NCBI GenBank assembly: GCA_051362555.1
Contig: CM120640.1
Location: forward strand, 27,552,503-27,616,502
Source of the DNA: Lingula anatina
Taxonomy: Eukaryota > Animalia > Brachiopoda
Reading direction: 5' to 3'
DNA: 64,000 nt
Made by a program: the position numbers and the translations under genes. Below are positions 59,952-64,000 of this stretch, in pieces. Below the pieces are notes generated by a model. It had not been told where the DNA came from. It searched no databases and saw only the letters and a program-made list of their open reading frames with translations. The first letter of the stretch is position 1; each line of letters opens with the position of its first letter.

Positions 59952-62329
59952 TGAGTCTAAGGCCGTTTTGTATAACTTCATACTCGGAGCCCCGAGGTTT
60001 CATGAGGTTTAAGAGGCGGTTCTCCTCCTTATTCTTCCCAACGTCACTTTAATGACCTAGCGCACGTGATGTGTGTGACAGTTCAGAATGAGCAAGATAA
60101 ATACACAGATTCCAACGCTCCAACTACACTTTATCAAGTTTAGATGCCTAGTACTGGAACTTTTTTAACCTACGGTGATACGAATGATATTCAAGGGTTT
60201 CAAAAACCCACGTCAGCAAGTTTATACAACTTTGCTCAATATATTTTGTATATTTATATGGCGAAGGGTTTGTAAAAGTAGCAGCAGTAGCGGGGAAGGT
60301 GCACATGCTTTTAGCTTTTAGGGGACTGGTGATGGTTTTTTTCATCCTTTTAAGTCTGTTCGAGGGAGACCTACTTTTCCTTTTAAATAGAGAAAATACC
60401 AGCCCCTGCCAAAATAATGTCTACTAAGTGCGCCACAATAAAAAAATCCAATGTGTAAAAAAGCAATTATTTACTGGTCAATAGGGTGATGGTTTAAGTA
60501 GCGAGTAATTGTTAAATAATTCTTGAAAATGTGTTTGTACCAAACTGTATCCTACCGAAGACATTTCAAACTTACTGTATTAAGTTTTGCTTTTTATTTG
60601 CTTCTACAAAACATTATACAGCATTATGCTGCAGCAATAAACAAATTGTACAACATGCAGTACGTTCTCTATAACCACATGAACTATGCTAACTTCACTT
60701 TTTTTTATACAAAATTGAAACTGAGACAGATATTGACGATGAAATAACTGTTGCTTTGAACAATAAGTGTATCATTAATATAAAGTGATATACGTCTTCC
60801 AGTGCCTTTCTCCACATTCTACATTAAGCTACCTATTCAACATGGCACATTTAAGGTAAAGCTCACAGAGCTTGCCATTATGTAAATGCTTTTTATAACT
60901 TCATATGTACAACTACACAAGTGAACTACAATATCAGCAACAAGTGAGCTTTTTATATTATTTTACAATGTATGTATTATTCATCAGATGATTAAAAACA
61001 AGATGATTCAAATCTTTTAACTCTTGTGTTATTCTATAACAATTGCTGCAAATTTGTCAGTGTGAAAATTCACCCAAAGAGATGTTTATATTGCTTTTAA
61101 ATGTTCTTTATTCTCCACCACTGACTTTCACGTGCATTTAAATTATCTATATACAATATTGTCAGAAAATACTCATATATTTAAAAAAATGAAAATCTGT
61201 GAACACATTCTTCTACAAAATTATGAAGCTTGTTAATATACTCCCTGCGAATCAAATAATCATGTTACACAAACACCAGAAATAACTTACATTCAATGCA
61301 AGCATAATTATTTGGTAAATTCACCTCTTAATTACAGTTTCATTCTGAAAAGATGACATTTACAGCTTGAAAAGGTGTGATAAAAACCTAGCAAGATCAG
61401 AGAATTGCTTTAACCTATTAATGTTACATGCACATTTACGAACAGACAATAAAAAATTATATCTTGTTTATGTTTTTTTTAACACTTATTCATCATATGT
61501 ATTAGTCTTAAGGCTGTAAACATGGTGAAGAACTTTTCAGCAAATCAAGTGTTTAAAAATGTGCTGACATTTAAGGCAAATCTAGATTAGGATTACAGAA
61601 GTACAGGCCACTTTTCATTTTTACCACCAAAGAATTTTAGTAAACCATATGTAATGATCACAATTTTTATGAGCATGTTATGACAGCACAGGTCAGCAAA
61701 TGCATACTCACCGAAATAATTGTTTCTACTGCTCATCTTATTTAAAATTATACCTGACAAACCTGAAGTATCTAAATTAGCTTTTTCTTGTGTCTTAAGT
61801 TCCAGTGTTATGCTGGTCTGTGTTGTTGTTTTTACCATATAAGAGCATGCCTGTAGTATTATATGTTTCAAAACTTCTATTCATACCTGAGAAAAGCACA
61901 TGGCTGCCATCAAGCACCATTCAGCAATTTAAAATGATAGAAGTCTGAATCTTAGACCTCAGTTCTTTACAGTTCAAAAATTACAAAGCTGATCCTAAGA
62001 GTTTACAATTCAATTCATCCTGTCTTAAAACAATTTACAAACCTTGTAAACATAATTTTCATGGAGATCAATGCCCATATCCACATTTGCAGTGCCATGG
62101 GCACCTTATCAAAGCAATAACAAAGTGTATATAATATATATATTCATACTAAAAATTATAATAAACAATAACAAAAATTTAACCTTATGTATCATCTTTC
62201 TTCCTTCTTGTATATTGAACCATAATAAATATATAATCAGGCATTAAGTGAGGCAGATGTTCTATCTACAAAATTCCATGCAATAGAACACCCAATTCAC
62301 AAGAATAAGTTTGAAATAAATATGTAAAT

Positions 62330-63025
62330 TCTCAATGGTTTATTTTGAAATTGAGCGAAGAATCAGTTCTGTTGCTACAGCATTTGGCAAACTCTAAACC
62401 ACTGTGCAGAAACGACCCTCTCTATAATCAAAATGCAAGGTCTGCCATGCTGTAGAACTCACTTGTCTTCTCCACTTGTCAAAAACTAACACACTCTACA
62501 GACAGTGCATATGAAAACTCTAAAAGTGTTCAGATGCCCATCTGAGACAAATGCTTAACACCAACGTGGAAGTCAGAAAACATGCTAACATGCCAAGTGT
62601 TAAAGTTCTGCTGACCACATATCAACTCCGCCGGACAGGTCACATTATTTGTATGGATGACTCCAGATTCCTTAAAGCTGTCTTCTATGATGAACTACAG
62701 CAAGAAAAAGAAAGGTCTGACTGCCAATGCTTCGCTACAAAGACTGCATTAAATGTCACTTGTCAACTGCCAATTTTATCAATTCCTGGGAGAAAGAAGT
62801 TAAAAACTGTCCTATCTGGGCTATTGAACAATGTTTAGAGAGAGAGAGAAACAGTTCAATACAGTAACGGTGAAGTACATGGGCCTACTGCTGACAGTGG
62901 CAAGACCACTTAACATCCCTTCCATGCCAAGACCGTGGAAGATCCTGTGCTGTCCACATTGGGCTCATCCCCATGTTGCAGTTGAAATACTCTTAATGAG
63001 TGACAGCCAATGATAACGATGATGA
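62330..63025 (+). mobile_element. Decayed 3' fragment of a non-LTR retrotransposon (RTE-like)
   Basis: ANMPSV..LL..YQLRRTGHIICMDDSRFLKAVFYDEL resembles the LINE RT C-terminal LRW.GHV.RM...R.PK...YGEL motif. Frameshifted, ending in a GATGATGA-type tail. Confidence 0.7.
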
Positions 63026-63268
63026 AAACTTTGTACACAAATAGCACCCAAGTATCTCTGGCCTGGCAATACATTATTGCTTCATAACATTAAAGCTTTT
63101 ATATGATCTTCCTGTTTCAATTTCAATCATTATAGAGTTCTGGGACGCCGAAATATAATACTTTCCCCTTTGTTATATCAACATGCCTAAGCTTGGTTCA
63201 GCTTTTTCATTCCCGATGAAACTTTTGTCTTATTAACAGTTTTAAGTACCAGCTTTATGGAAGGAGTC

Positions 63269-64000
63269 TCAGCCTGGTTTCTTGCCAACTGCAGCTTGTG
63301 CCTGCTCTGGTACACGGGAGGGGTCTGACAGTATGGATGTTGATGTACTCAGCTGGCGCAATGAGTTCAGAACACCTGAGGAGATATACACAGCAGAGGT
63401 AAATTTGCAGTGAAATATTTCGTTATAGCAGTTTCAAGCCTTATTTGATACAAAAAAGTTAAAAATGACTTTCACTATGTGATTTTTAAAAAGCATTCAT
63501 TACTCATGGTGAAAAAGGATATTTTCAAATAAGCCAATAAAACATAAACAAATTTCTGTATAACTACTTATATTGACTACCCACCTGGTCTGAGAGCTAC
63601 CAGTGAACAGTGCTGGTCAAGCCAAGCCAACACAGTCCGACACAGTTCCTCAGCACTGGCTGTGGACACCATGTTATTGTAGGAGTCAAACAATGGGCGG
63701 ATTATTGTACTGAACTGAACACTATGGTTAAGGGTATATCAGATTAGACAATACTACACTTTCATTTTCTTTATTTTATAACAATACTAGTCAGTAATTT
63801 GTGTAAATATTACTTCTAGTGTTAATATCTTAACCATAAAAGACATTCGGCCTAACGCAAACATTCTAGAACCAACATTCTAGAACTGACAAATATGCAC
63901 AGACTTATTTCTAAGGTTATAACAATGAAGTAATTTAATACAATACTCCCAAGGATACAATCCAAAATTTCCAGTTCTGAAGTGTTCTACTGCGCACGTA
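63269..64000 (-). CDS. MLXIP: C-terminal exons of a Mondo/MLXIP (MondoA/ChREBP family) bHLH-ZIP transcription factor
   Basis: Exons >64000-63959, 63714-63585 and 63375-63269: YVRSRTLQNWKFWIFSTIIRPLFDSYNNMVSTASAEELCRTVLAWLDQHCSLVALRPGVLNSLRQLSTSTSILSDPSRVPEQAQAAVGKKPG*, the Mondo/MLX DCD domain. Confidence 0.9.
63715..63958 (-). other. U12-type (minor spliceosome) GT-AG intron
   Basis: Donor GTATCCTTG at 63958 and branch site CCCTTAAC at 63734-63727, close to the CAG acceptor, with no polypyrimidine tract. Confidence 0.88.

Overview
AT-rich, intron-containing animal genomic DNA, probably from an invertebrate. Most of the supplied ORFs are noise, so I rebuilt the genes by hand from splice sites and reading-frame phases. 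In order: (+) the 3' end of a Ca-EGF-repeat type-I membrane protein (to 1736); (-) a PRELID1-like PRELI lipid-transfer gene (2698-3806); a nested transposon block, with a CMC-type MITE containing a Helentron-type element that carries a 146-bp tandem array (6303-9784); (-) a ~1603-aa synaptotagmin-like protein (SYTL/Slp type, 12035-35273); (+) a MOLO-1-like secreted protein with two alternative GPI-signal-like last exons (44369-47152); (-) a Popeye-domain/BVES gene (47973-50100) whose upstream region is duplicated as a ~1.05-kb palindrome; (+) an intact 11-exon, 1066-aa catalase-like allene oxide synthase-PLAT-lipoxygenase fusion (53185-59951); and (-) the 3' end of a Mondo/MLXIP-type gene with a U12-type intron. 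The most striking observation concerns the AOS-LOX fusion. Its reading frame and splice sites are fully intact, yet all three LOX iron-ligand histidines and the AOS distal His/Asn and proximal Arg appear replaced, making it a candidate double pseudoenzyme. Reference alignments were done from memory, not by database search.
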